Source: Auanema rhodensis
Lineage: Eukaryota > Animalia > Nematoda
DNA: 64,000 nucleotides
Direction: 5' to 3'
Assembly (NCBI GenBank): GCA_964057225.1
Contig: OZ059899.1
Coordinates: 4,836,001-4,900,000, forward strand
Position 1 is the stretch's first letter, and each line of letters begins with the position of its first letter. A program made the position numbers and the translations under genes. Positions 1-12,987 of the stretch are shown here, piece after piece. A model generated the notes under the pieces. That model searched no databases. It saw only the letters and a program-made list of their open reading frames with translations, and was not told where the DNA came from.

Positions 1-1724
1 CTCGATCAAAGACTAGTCTTTTCATACATCATCACTCTTTCCTTATTTGCTCACTGCAACTTTTCTCAGTTGGCTGCTTGGCCCAAGACTGTTCAGGTTT
101 TTATATTATATTCATATAAGTTTAATGAAAACAATTTTTAGTGTGGCATTATTGGTCTTTTCCATGCTGCTGTTGTGTTCTACTGTCAACACAATATCCA
201 CGAGAATCTGGTAAAAACTTATAAATGATTTATAAGTACAAATGCTTTTCTAGGAAACTGGAGCTTGTACTAACAATACCGTTCCTCTCAACACAGTAAA
301 CGTGAAAAATGATACTGAACGTCTTCTGTTATCTCCACTTTTCCTGTGGGAAATAATGCTTGATGTTGTGCTTTCAATCATTTTGGTCGGATTTTTGAAT
401 TATCAGGTTTATTATTCCTATTTTCGTTCTTATTTTTTATTTTTTCAGTTTGAAGCTGCTTTCCGTATGTCTTTCTTCGGTGATATTCAGGCTAAAAGAG
501 ATACTCACCGAATGCAGGTGATTATGAAAAAAATCAATTTTAACTTGAATTATTTGTTATTTTTTTTAGATTGTGCGTGATCAAGCTGATTGGCTATTAA
601 ATAACATTATCCCAGCACATGCGGTTGAAACCTTGAAAACTGACACCAAATACAGGTATGTTTTTAAAATTTTTCTCTATAATTTTATAAAATGGTTCCT
701 AAAATTTGGAAATCTTATGATTTTCTAAAGAAAACGCTAGAATGGCTAAAAATAGCCAGGTGAAGTGACGTGTCAGCTACTTGTTTCTTACGCCTCCTTG
801 AATAATTTGTTATTTTCGTTTCAAATAAACTTTTTTGCATTTACAATTTTTAGCTATTTTTAACTTTTTTATTCTAGTGAAAATCATGAATCTACTGCAG
901 TTTTATTTGCTTCAATTACGAATTGGAATGATATGTATGAAGAAAATTTTGAAGGTGGAAGAGAATTTTTGCGTGTTTTGAATGAGGTGAGTTATTAAAG
1001 CATTTGAGGATTTTATAGATGTACTTACTGTACAGGTTATTGGAGACTTCGATGAACTTCTTGATCGTCCTGAGTTTTGTCATATCGAAAAGATTAAGGT
1101 ACATTGTTAAAATGAAATTGTAAAATATTTGTTTGCTTCAGACAATTGGTGCATCTTATATGGCAGCCAGTGGATTGAATCCAGAACAAAAAAGAAATAT
1201 GAAACATCCTAAAGAACATCTGTATCAAGTACTTTTCTCTTGTTATTGTCGTGAAACGATTATTATTCTTTATAGATGGTGGAATTTGCATTAGCTATTC
1301 AGCATGCCTTGAGCGTTTTTAATGAGGATCTTCTCAATTTCGACTTTGTTTGCAAGCTTGGACTGAATATAGGTTTAAGAGATTTCTCTGTAAACTAAAT
1401 TGTAGCATACCTTAATTCAGGTCCTGTCACTGCTGGTGTTATTGGTACAACCAAACTGTATTATGATATTTGGGGTGATACTGTTAACATAGCCTCCCGA
1501 ATGTATAGCACTGGCGTACTGAATCGAATTCAAGTAAATTAACTTCTATATGATAACTTCATAACTTCTATATACACATAAATTTATAGGTTTCACAGCA
1601 CACTAAAGATATATTGATGGATCGTTACGATTTTGAGTATCGAGATCATATAGAAGTTAAAGGTATTGATGGTGGTATGGATACCTACCTATTAGTCGGA
1701 AGAAAGCCCGAACAATCAGCGTAA
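1..1724 (+). CDS. acy-1: Adenylate cyclase (ADCY9/ACY-1 type), 3' part (last TM helices and C2 catalytic domain); 5' end lies outside the window
   Basis: Spliced translation gives ...[11 protein letters not shown]...[10 protein letters not shown]...[38 protein letters not shown]...[16 protein letters not shown]...[32 protein letters not shown]...VKG. All introns are GT-AG. Stop TAA at 1722-1724. Confidence 0.93.
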
Positions 1725-1750
1725 TACTATGTATTCATTAATAGAAAAAT

Positions 1751-1793
1751 CTAAAACTAATCTTCAAATCTAAACCTAAAACTAATCTTCAAA
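1751..1793. repeat. Short tandem duplication of CTAAAACTAATCTTCAAA (2 copies, 25-nt period) in the acy-1 3' UTR
   Basis: Identical 18-mers at 1751-1768 and 1776-1793. Confidence 0.8.
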
Positions 1794-2309
1794 CTTAATA
1801 TGTTTTAATTTGCATAGTTTAGAATGTTTGCATTTTTTTAACGCTTTACGAAATTAAGTTTTGCTTGCCATAGATAGCTACGGGTAGAATTTAGCATAAT
1901 TTTGCAAAAAGTTGTATCTCTTGCTGAAGCTTTATTGCATTTCTATTGTGACCTCATAATATAGTACACAGTAGTTCTAAAATAAAAATTTTTATTCTTT
2001 ACTCAATGAGCTATAAATAAACTTACACATGTAAAATCTACAAATACCAGTACTAGATATAGTCGGAAAAGGCATAGAATACTACAGAACAAAAAAAATA
2101 AAATTGAATACATTACTGATGAATTCAAATAAAAGGGAGGACACTTGAGAGACAAACAAACAATTAAAAATATGCCATTTTCTTTACGGATGGTTTCACT
2201 ATATATACAATATGAACGAAATGATTTGAAATAATGGAAGACGATTTGACCGGCAATATGAATTGAGATGCTTTCCTAGAAGGCTCGCATTTGGTAATAT
2301 CACAGACAA

Positions 2310-5300
2310 TCATAGAATGGAACAACACCGGCAAACACCTAAAATAAAGAGCATTATTAGCAACGATTTTAAAAAACGGAATATCAACTGATTACTTCAT
2401 CGGTCTCGCTACCGTATTCCAGAGCAAATTGGTATTGTCGCCCTCTTGCCCAAGACATGTTTAGAGCATTTCAGCTTCTACAAGAGTTCGTCTAAGTCAA
2501 GCAAAAAATGAAAGTATTAGTTGTTACAGCATTAATAGCAACAACTAAATAACTGCACTAAAGGCAGAAAAATTCTTTAGGTTGACTAGTAGTAGTGCTA
2601 ATGTCTTAGTACAAACAGAAGAAAATAGATGAAAAATGTGAATAAAGTTATCTCTTGTGAGGCAAATATTAGAACACAACGAGAATATTACTAGATTCAC
2701 TATTATTTCTATTCATTTCCTTCTTTTTCAATGATTAAAGTTCGAACGAAGACAGTAATTCAGACAGATTCAAAAGACATGTCTTGGCGTTAGAAAAAAA
2801 TTTGGATGTGTATGTGTGTACGTGTGTGTTTCAACGTAATTTAGAGCAGAGACATCGAATTATAAATATCGTGCCACTCTGAGGTGAGTTGACGACAGGA
2901 CTAAGCTCTATTATTAGCGTACGGATAGCCAACCTATTGAATGATACAATACGCACCAGCCCTCGGATGTTGATGATTAACGGGAGGCGTCGCTGGAGCG
3001 AAGTAGGCTTGAATCTCGACGGTTGGACGATGTACCTAAAATAAATTGAAGTTTATAAACATGACTAAATACACACGATAACAATTGTTTCAATTATCTT
3101 ACCTTGAACAGATTAATTGCATCACGAGATACGTTAGGACAGTCGTAGAGATCAATTCTTTTTAGATTTTTGGCATTTCTCAGATATGAGAGCGCTGTAT
3201 CCGTAATTAACGGACAATTATCCAGCTCCAATATCTGAAGAGTTGCAATTAAGTTTAAATGTTTTTTTCAATAAAAAATAAGATAATATACCCTAATTCT
3301 TTCTTTATTATTTGTACACAACTGATGAATAGCATCGTCAGTAATTTGCTCACAGTGAGAAAGACTCTGAAATAAGCAAGATTAGAGATCAAACTTTGTA
3401 ATAGAAATTCTGACCAAATCAGCAATGTTGGGGCAATTTGAGCTAATACATGTTATTGAAGCATCAGTTATAAGAGTGCAATCTTCAAGATCCATCTTCT
3501 GGAGTTTTTTGCAATGCCGTCCAAGCTGTAGAAAACCAACATCTGACAGCAGATTGCAGCCAGTGAATTCAACATCCCTTTAAACAAAGAATATTCGTTT
3601 AAGAACAGATTCTTGACTTTTTTTTTCGTTATTCGAAATACTAATTAACTAACTTGAGGAATTTACAGTTATTTGCCAACGCAATAAGAGAGCGATCAGT
3701 TATTTGAGTACATTGCGACAGACAAAGATATTCAATTTTTGGACAGCCATTGGCAATGTTAGTTACGGTGTCATCAGTAACCTAATTAAAACTGTAAGAA
3801 AAAAAACATTTTTTTAACTGCTTACAAAACAGTTGAGCATATTTAAACGTAGAATATTTTCCATATTCGGTTCCAAGTTCTCAAAACAACGCTCAGTTAG
3901 CTGAAATAAGAATTAAGTTACAAATAAAGATATTAGAACTTATACCCCTTCGCATCCTCGTAATATTAGAGTTTGTAGATATTTACAACCCGTAAGAATG
4001 TTGTGTATTCCACGATCCGTAATGCTATCACACCAAGAAATATTTAAATATCGCAAGTTTGGACAACCTTCGCTGAAAAAGTAACGGAGCGTAGTTATGT
4101 TTGCTGAATTTATTTTCTACCTGATATATTTACAAGCTCTATCGGTGATAACTACGCAGTTTTCTAGATTCAAATGAATGAGTCTATGACAATGCTTTCC
4201 CAAATTCTCGCATGTACTAAATATCGTTCAGTTTTAATATTAATAATCATCGACTTACGCATCCGTGACTCTACGGCATTTATACAAACTTAGATGTTCT
4301 ATATTTTTGCATCGAGCAGTAAAAGCACGCAGAGATGAATCCTAAGAATATAAATTTTTATTTGTTCATATATTTACGATTTCCCACTTGGACGTTTTCG
4401 CAGCCTTTAAGAGATAACTGTTTCAAAAAACCACCACATCGCCTCGCCAGATTTTCAATGACACTACTCTAAAACCGTTAACTTAGACAATGAAATTGCA
4501 GAAAAAGACGCTATACTTTGACATCTTTTTGAAAAGTGAACAGATCTACGCGTTGCCAATTACTACCGTCGAGAGCAAGCTGATTCCATAAACGACAAAC
4601 CTGAGCAGACCGACACAAGTCTTTAACTCCCAAAAAGGAGAAAATACTAAAATTTGCAATTGGTATTGGAGAAAATCAATTGCAAAGTTAAAAAATAGTT
4701 CAAAAATAAACATTGATAACATACTGGAGTATACATTCCCGAGGAAGCTTGTTTATGAGGGCACCGTCCTGTGATGAAGATGATAAGGTTGTAATCAAAT
4801 ACATCTGAAACTAAAGAAATTCAGATTACTACCAATTTCCACTTAATTATGAAAAAATCGACATAAATGTCGAAATTGTATTTGTGAAAAATAACTGGAT
4901 TCCTTGTTTTCATCAAATGTTCAAATGTTTACTATAAAGATTGAAAACGATTATCTATGCAACAATAAAAAGATTGTTATAGTTTGAAAGTAGCTTCCCA
5001 ATTTCGCTAGTAAAGATATAATATTCAAAAATATCTGAAGCATGCAAGATTTTGAAGAAAACAAAGATCAATAATATATTTCTTTTGTAAGACGAAAAGA
5101 GGTTCGACTCATTTCAAAAATAAAATTAAGTAATTTTCAAAAGATTAACCTGATTATGCTTAGCCTGTATTGTTGGACGAGAACCTGCTGGTACATAACG
5201 TTTCTTGATTCGCCGTGAACAGGCGCCTCCATTGATATTCTATAATATTTGATAGGTCAAATAGAATTTTACCAGCGAGTTTGGTTGTAGAGTAGGAAAC

Positions 5301-5603
5301 ATTTATTTTATGTAAAGTGTAGTATGTAATTGACCAGATCACGTGAATAACGTGAATATTATTAGATTTTGCCGCCCAATTATTTACAATTCTAAAATCT
5401 TTAGAAGCACAGACCGGTTGAAGTAAATTTTTGTTGTTTCAAAATAATGCTTTTTTAATGTTCTATTTTTTCGATATTAAGTTTAATTCACCATAAATAT
5501 TTATTTTTTATGTTATGTTAACAATTTTTCGAGAATATTTTGGAAATATAGTAAAGCGTACCTCCACCGGGTGGATATCTTGTTCAGAATCGCCCGCACT
5601 CAT
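2310..5603 (-). CDS. fbxl-1: F-box/LRR protein, FBXL2/FBXL20 orthologue, ending in a CaaX box
   Basis: F-box LINKLPRECILHIFSFL...LCRSAQVCRLWNQLALDGSNWQRVDLFTFQKDV, then ENLARRCGGFLKQLSLKGCENV, about 12 Cys-containing LRRs, and AYFAPATPP. Terminal exon 2338-2310 encodes (G)VCRCCSIL*. Upstream exons 5603-5562 and ~5239-5150 are phase-compatible. A shorter start is possible at ATG 4804. Confidence 0.9.
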
Positions 5604-6465
5604 AGACTCATAACCTTAAAACGAATATTAAAATATGGGTAATGAAACTGCACATGAAAAGCAGAAATTAAAGATGAATCTATTAGAAAGCGAAAAAACT
5701 ATTTTCCCGGTTAGCTTAAAAATAGCTATGTGCTCAGTTCGTAAGACTTAGAAGGGAGAACAGCATTCATCCGTAGATGCTTTTCTCGAGCCAAAATAAC
5801 GATACATTGCACCCAAACAAGAAAAAAAGGCATAAGATGAGGGACTATGTGCTCATGCCTTCACCAATCGATGCGAACACTGCAAAACAAGTAGGCAGTC
5901 GTTTTCACATAGTGTTAGAGGTCATAATATTATAGTAACGGAGAAGAGCAGAGACTATAGTAAAGCTATCTGGAGAACCCTGCGCAAACTTATAATAGTT
6001 TCTTCAGTACTACATGTGCTCATAATTGAAGCACCGAGGTGGAAGCATTCTTTTAAAAAAATTGTCATCTAACTGAGAACAAAACCAAAGAGTACGTCAA
6101 CGCCCATAGGCCTGCCCGCCGGTCGGTCACGGGATTCGCTCAGCTGAGTGCTGTCTGGGGCTGCGGCGGCCCAGAAGCTCTCTGGGCTGCATGTGATTTC
6201 TCGCTGCCTGGTATCTCTGTTCTCTCCGCTCTGTGTCCACACCCTCGATTCATCAATGCTATGCTGTCGAATTTAACTCTCCTATTTCAAAATACTCTCT
6301 CATTACTCAGCTGTTTGTCACTGACCAACTTCCCGCAAGAGTGGACAAAGCCCGTCACCACCACGTACCGTTTAGTAGCCCTTGTCAAATAACAAATTTT
6401 AAAGAACGGAAGATTTTTTTGGTTCTTTTCAGGGATATACATTATAAGTTCGATAATAATAGAAT

Positions 6466-7451
6466 TTACCCGCTGAATGTATCGGTTGATAGCGAGTCAA
6501 TTTCGGACACTCCATTTCCAGAAACACGGAAATAACCTTTGTTATCTTCATTTCGCTGAAATGAAAATAACATGCTGTACTAATATTATATTTACGTTAA
6601 ATTCCTTGACAAATGTTCCTCTCTCATCTTCACAAACATGAACTTGACGAGATTCCAATTTTGACCAAAAGCGGCCAAGTGATGGACGAACCTCGCCCTC
6701 AGCTCTCACCTGTTGGTTGATGGTACAGCATAAAATATTATTTTTCACAGAACTAACCAAATGATTTGATATTACTATAGTCATCCGTTTTTTTACAAGA
6801 CCTTTCAAAAGACTGATCACTGTCCTTTGGGCATCAGATCCTATTTTTATTTAATAAAACAACGATTGATCCTATTACCTCCAGTTTTCAAAGTCCAAGC
6901 AGTTTTATTCATAATATAACCTATATTATCAATGAACAGTAAACGAATTCCCAGTTGTTCGAAATTATTCTACAAATTATATATTAAAAACAACCTCATT
7001 CCTAAGGCTCACTTCAATAATTTGAAGTTTTTGTACTAAATTTCGATAGTCGCTAACAGAAGACAGAAATAGTCGATCCAAAATTTCTATCTTTAAGTAA
7101 ATATCGTTTCAATTCTTTCAGTTCTCATGTTGACAGACTTCTCTTTCACAGTCAAATTCAAGGAATCTACGAGATTTGAAGGACCCGTTAGAATCAACCC
7201 AACATACTCCGAACCTAGGCTGGGATGATAAATACTCATGAGCTACAGACATCATAAGCTGAAAACTTTTTCAATTAACAAAATCCTTTATGAATGTAGA
7301 CCTGAGTTTTACCTACGCCACTTTCCCCCACAATTTCATAAATTTCACCTGGATTCAATCCGCCTTTGAAAACTTTATTTACAGATTCAATTCCAAATGA
7401 GTATTTAAGTTTAAATCCTACTCTTACCAAAGCTTCAAAAGCGGTTTCCAT
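6466..7451 (-). CDS. rfs-1: RAD51 paralogue (RFS-1 / RAD51C-D-like RecA-fold ATPase)
   Basis: VNKVFKGGLNPGEIYEIVGESGVGKTQ (Walker A), VCWVDSNGSF, LLFIDNIG (Walker B), IVISNHL, RPSLGRFWS, and C-terminal YFRVSGNGV. ATG follows a TTTTATAG acceptor. Stop TAA at 6468-6466. Confidence 0.8.
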
Positions 7452-7639
7452 CTATAAAAAGCTAACCGGATAAAGCTAATCATAATACAAAAAAGACATT
7501 ATAACGACAACCATAAAGCACTAAGATCATTCTTTAAAAAAATACAGAAATTTTTCATTTTCAACTTCGAAAATTGTACTGCTATTATGGGATACATGTT
7601 AGTAATTACCCAGAGAAGGGTGCTGTTAGAAAGAATAAA

Positions 7640-8549
7640 TTACTGAGGCAGCATAGGAACAATAAGATGTTCTGGAGACATCAAGTTATATTTTGTGACA
7701 TAAGTAGTGAATCTAGAAAACTATTGCATTAGACTGGATGGATAATATTGGATGAAATACCTTTTACATAAATGAGTTTCATTTTCAAACTCATCAAACA
7801 ATTTTCGGTGATGGAAATAGGCATGGGAGAATATGCGATAAACCCTTCTACATACAGATCCTAACTTAGATATTGATGACTCCTATATTTCTTAATCTTA
7901 AAAAGCAATTTTTAGAATTTAAACTAACCTTAATACTCAAACGGTTAGGAAAATATTTATTACTGTTCAACAGTGTATTGGCCCCATCAAGAGTATGCCG
8001 TGTGTAGTCAATAGCAGGGCACTAAAATATAAAGAGATTGAATAAAAATAGTAAAAGGAAGTGAGTACCTCATTTGGATTTTTATGCGCAGCACAAAGGA
8101 AAATCCACTGCTCAGTAGCAGTCATTTGAACACAAGTTTCAGGAACACATTCTTCCTACAAAAGAAAAACATATATTTTAATGAATTTACAACAAACCTG
8201 AAGAAGAAAGGTTAATCCATTTAATTGTAAGCAAAACTGTCTTAAATGTTCATACTTCCACACACCTTCATCCTAAAATAAGTTAATAAAAACCAGATTG
8301 AATAATAACGAAACCTGCTCCGGCGGGGGGTTTAAAATGGCATCAATAGCCACAGGGTTAGCATCAATAAGCTGCTGAATATACTGTTGAACGTTCAAAG
8401 TGGAATCCATTTCCTCAAAAGGTAGAGCTGGCCATTGTGACCAATCCTTAAAACAAATGTTTACAAGATTCAGCGAAAAATGTTTCAACCTTCCGCTTAG
8501 TTCCGGGATCATTTCTTCTAATAATTCGTCCCTCAGCAACGTGAGCCAT
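7640..8549 (-). CDS. mob-4: MOB4/phocein (STRIPAK subunit)
   Basis: [16 protein letters not shown]...[13 protein letters not shown]...[34 protein letters not shown]...[20 protein letters not shown]...[12 protein letters not shown]. Confidence 0.95.
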
Positions 8550-9934
8550 CGAAAAATAGAAAGCTAAAGAAAAACTGTGATTCCTTTAAACTTAGGCGTT
8601 ACTTGAAAAAAGAGACAGGCACCCGCAATAGCAAACAATAAACAAATCGTAACTGCAGCAAATTTTATGGAACTGAGCCGTTTGTGTGAAAATACTCTTA
8701 CACTCGTCCTTTTACTTACAGTATGTACTAGTATTATGGAGTTTTGGAATATGGGATTTGTCCTTTTCAATAAGACAATTCAGCTAAATGAAAGATTACT
8801 TCTGAAATACTTTAGATATTTAACATGTAAATCAAATTAGTTATATCAGTAATTCGATCACTGCCCTGTTAATTATTGCTTACTTATGAAATTTTTGTTT
8901 TAATTGTTGAATAAATAATTACGAATATTGGATTTTTTTCTTTTTTTTTTATGTTGAAACTTTATGGATCCTCCTATTTGTTCTGTAGATCGTGTTTTCA
9001 TAGAAAACATTTTGTGATGTATCATTAGTTAAGTATGATGGATCATGAAGTTCTACAAATAACTTGTTAATAACTGTGAGATATATATTTAGTTCAACAG
9101 CTAAGAAACGCAATCTTATAATTTATGTTCTTCAATATGTTTGTAATTTGTTTGAGAGTTCAGTTAAGGTTTAAAGAATATTATATATATATATACTCAA
9201 GTTGTAGCTGATTATAATGTTGTATTTCAGTCTTAACTTTCATTTATGAGCTATACTTTCATTTCTGTAGCTTATGGTTCATGAATTCTTGAATGATAAT
9301 AAAGTTTTCTTTTTGATTTATTTTCGAAGTGTATCGTACGTGATGCTTTTAATGCGTACTGTCGTTTGAATAGAAAGGGGTTGGTTTTGAGATTTAATGC
9401 ACAGCTAATGGAGTTCAAGTGTTGTCGGTAATATGATAATAAGATAATGTTATTGATTACATCATTCATTGCCTTAATTTTATTCTGTTTTTAATCATAA
9501 TGAATAATAATTTAAATCGAACGTTTATGATTCTAAATCTTCCATGCTTTTCTGTACCATAATAAAAACTTTGGAACATATTGAACTTATAATCTACATA
9601 TAAACCTTCATAGTATTTAGCATTTATTGCAATTATTGTTCAATATATTAGGTACTCGATATTTGCAGTCTCATTCTCTGTGTATTGTTTATCAAAACAT
9701 AACTAGATATTCAAATTAGTATGGCCTTCAGCTGAAATGGTTGATACAAATCATATATTGCAATATAAATGATAGATAGTTGCGTTTTATCAGAATTCAT
9801 AAAAACTTATTTTTACGTATTATGTTAAATAATATCTCGAACCAAGTAGAACAATCCTCACTTTATAACAGCCGAATGTTATTGCGTAATGATACTCTTT
9901 AAAGACGTTTATTTTGATGTTTTAGATACTAAAT

Positions 9935-11774
9935 ATGAGATGGTTTCCTGGAAAGTTAGAATTAGCGATGCAAGTTTCTTTGAGAAACAAAGCTTTGCTT
10001 ATAGTTTTCATTGAATCTGATGATGAAAAAGGAAAAATCATGAGTCAAACATGGGAGCAGGTTCGTTACTGAGCTACATGATTTGAATATGTTTGATCTA
10101 TCTAGATAGAGCCTTCAAGTTTCTCTTGTAATCATGTTGCCGTCCATCTTCAGGAGGGCGATGATATGGCTAGGGCCTTTGCAGCTAAATGTATGTTAGC
10201 TTATGAGATCACTTTGATATTTAATTTGGAAAAGTGATAACATTTTATTCAGATCCTGCCTCTAGCTTACCTGCAACATTTTTTATTAATTGCGATGGTG
10301 ATATCATCGATACTCTCACTGACGCTGAAAGTTCTCAATTTCATCCTAAGATTGTTAGTGTTGTGGAGGTATACATAATAGTAATAAAACATCCTAACTC
10401 TTGAAATGTAGAAGTTTTTGGAATGTACGAAAGAATCATCTACGTCTGTATCGTCTGCTGCTTCTTCATCTGCTGCTTCCCATCCAACATTTACTGCCCC
10501 TAGCACAGCTCGTACATCTTTCGAAATGTCATTAGAAGAGAAGATCAGAAGGTTTTCCTTATAGTAAATTTTTTGAAGACCCTTCCCTTCAGAGCAAAGG
10601 AGAAGTTAGATGTAAAGAAGAAAGAGGAGGCAGAAGCTAAGAAAAAAGAGGATAAACAGAAAGAATTGGACCGTATTCAAACTGGTAAATTGACTTCCGA
10701 AAATCAAAAGAAGAAACAAGAAAAAGTAATAGTCATGCACTTATATGTAATTTTCTAAAAAAAATTTTCAAGGAGCTTTTGGAAGCAGCTGAGGAACGTA
10801 GAAAAGATAAACTTTTAGCTGAGCAAACCAAGTCTAGAGTGAGAGCTCAAATTCAAGCTGACAAGTAAACTAATCAAAAAAATAGAGGGAAATATTAATT
10901 TCAGAGAAGAACGGGAATATCGAGAGCGTTTACGAGCTGGAGTATCAACCTCTACGCCTTCCCAACCGAAGGAAGATGTTGTTCTAAATAAGCCCATCAG
11001 ATCAGATCAGTAAGTTTTTTTTTAATTTATATGAAAAACTTTTTGTTTAGTTGTCGTGTTATGATTCGTTTTATTGATGGAAACAGCATTACCGACGAAT
11101 TTCTTGCTAGTGAACCTTTAAGTAAAGTTTTGGATGTAATTCACAATGTGAGTTGAGAAAGAAGCAGCTTTTGAATTATATCTCGAACATCTAGAGTGGC
11201 TTCGTTACTGGTTCATTCTCGCTTGTTAATTCATATCCCCGAAAAGTATTTGAAGATGTTGAATTTGGAAAATCTTTCATGGATTTATCTTTAACCCCGA
11301 GCTGTACATTATTTGTAGAGCAGGTTACTTAGTTATATTTTTCGAATATAAATAGTCAGTATTTAAGAAACAGAAAAATGTAACTACCGTCAACACCACT
11401 GGTGGCATATATTCTCTTATAAGTCTGATTCTTATTGCTCCTTGGAATTGTCTGTGTGCGTTATATAGACTTATTTTCCAAAGAAAAGAGACAACTAGTG
11501 GTTAGCATACATTCCCTTCTGAGATTTCATCCAAATTTAGGTACCGTGAGCTCCTCAGCTTCTCAACCACGCCAATCTCAAAACTCACAACGGCGAACAA
11601 ATCAAGGCAATTTTTCTGCTGCTACTATTCGGAGGGTATACCTCATTAAACAATGAAATTCACTTGAATTTTTTATAGAGAGGAAACGTGTCTGGATTGC
11701 ATAATAGAAATGGAGACGATTCTGATCCAGATGAAAATCCTAATTGGAATGGAAATTCCACTCAATTCTTGTAA
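9935..11774 (+). CDS. ubxn-4: UBX-domain protein 4 (erasin; p97 adaptor)
   Basis: MRWFPG thioredoxin-like N-terminus, charged coiled coil (RVRAQIQADKEER), UBX domain (CRVMIRFIDG...SYPRKVF...LSLTPSCTL), a hydrophobic hairpin, and C-terminal NWNGNSTQFL*. Confidence 0.9.
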
Positions 11775-11923
11775 AACTTTTATGATATTCACGAAATCTT
11801 TGATGTTTCCGAAATTCTTGTCCAAAAAAAATTTTCCAGTTTTTATATTTATTTTTTTCCAACTCGGTTTTAATCCTATACTCATTTAATTGAACATTTT
11901 TGATAACAATAAATTTTATATAG

Positions 11924-12987
11924 ATGAGTAAGAAATTGGAGATATGCATTGATACATTACAATCTGCTGAATCAGCTGTTAAGGGCGGTATACAATACAT
12001 TAAAAATATAGAGATAATATGCTATTGTAGGTGCTGACAGACTTGAAGTTTGTAGTTCATTAGCTCTTGGTGGACTAACACCAAGTATAGGTTGATATAC
12101 TTATCTGTTTATGAGTAGAATATTTTCTTCAGGTCTTGTCAAAGCTATTAAGCAATATTTTCCTAATATCTCGCAGTATTGCATGATAAGAGCTCGCGGA
12201 GGGAATTTTTGTTATGATCCCGTAAGAATTAATAATTCATAAATATAATAAAATTTCACATTTGCACTTATTTTAGTCTGATATTGAGGTCATGAAACAA
12301 GATCTGATTGAATTAAAGCAAGCTGGGGCTTCTGGTTTTGTGTTTGGATTTCTTAATAAGTTTGAAGTTCGGATAGGAAAAAGCAATTATATTGTGTTTA
12401 GTGATTTACTTTTGGATGTTGATACCTGCAAAACTTTTATTGAATTAGCTGACGGGTTACCATGCACATTGCATAGGGCTTTCGATGTTTCAACTGATTG
12501 GAAAAAATGTTTAAATCAGGCTATTGAACTAGGCTTTTCATGTATTCTTACTAGGTAAGGAAATATAACATATGTTATTTTTCGCTGATAAATTATTTTA
12601 TTGTGTTTTAGTGGCCAAGAGTCGAATGCTGTCTTAGGAGTTGCACGGCTGCATGAGATGATTATTCATGCTGGGTCAAGAATTGAAATCATGGTTGGTA
12701 TGTAGATAGAAAATGGTTTGTTTTGAGAAACTAATATAATGCTTTTTGGGCTCTGGAGTTTCGTCTAAAAATCTGAGATCATTGATTGAAACCTTAGGAG
12801 CCAGCTGGTATCACGGATCCGCATCCAAATCTGTAAAAGAAGTAGATTACTCATATTATATACTTGATAATCGGATATTATTTAGGCAAATAACAAAATC
12901 GCGATGGGAACTGCTGATAATAATGACCTAAAATATACATGTTCATTAGAAACTTCAGAGATGAAGAAGATTTTACTTGAATATTAA
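11924..12987 (+). CDS. cutc-1: Copper homeostasis protein CutC
   Basis: LEICIDT...GGADRLEVCSSLALGGLTPS...MIRARGGNFCY...GFVFGFL...CTLHRAFD...ILTSGQ...IMVGSGV...YHGSAS. One intron (12698-12749) needs a non-canonical acceptor; see findings. Confidence 0.93.

Noticed and set aside
6469-6515. Apparent first exon of fbxl-1 (MECPKLTRYQPIHSAG, phase-compatible with the 5614 acceptor)
   Set aside because: The same bases form the terminal rfs-1 exon in another frame (YFRVSGNGVSEID...*), and the 'donor' overlaps its stop codon. An rfs-1/fbxl-1 fusion would hit a stop immediately.
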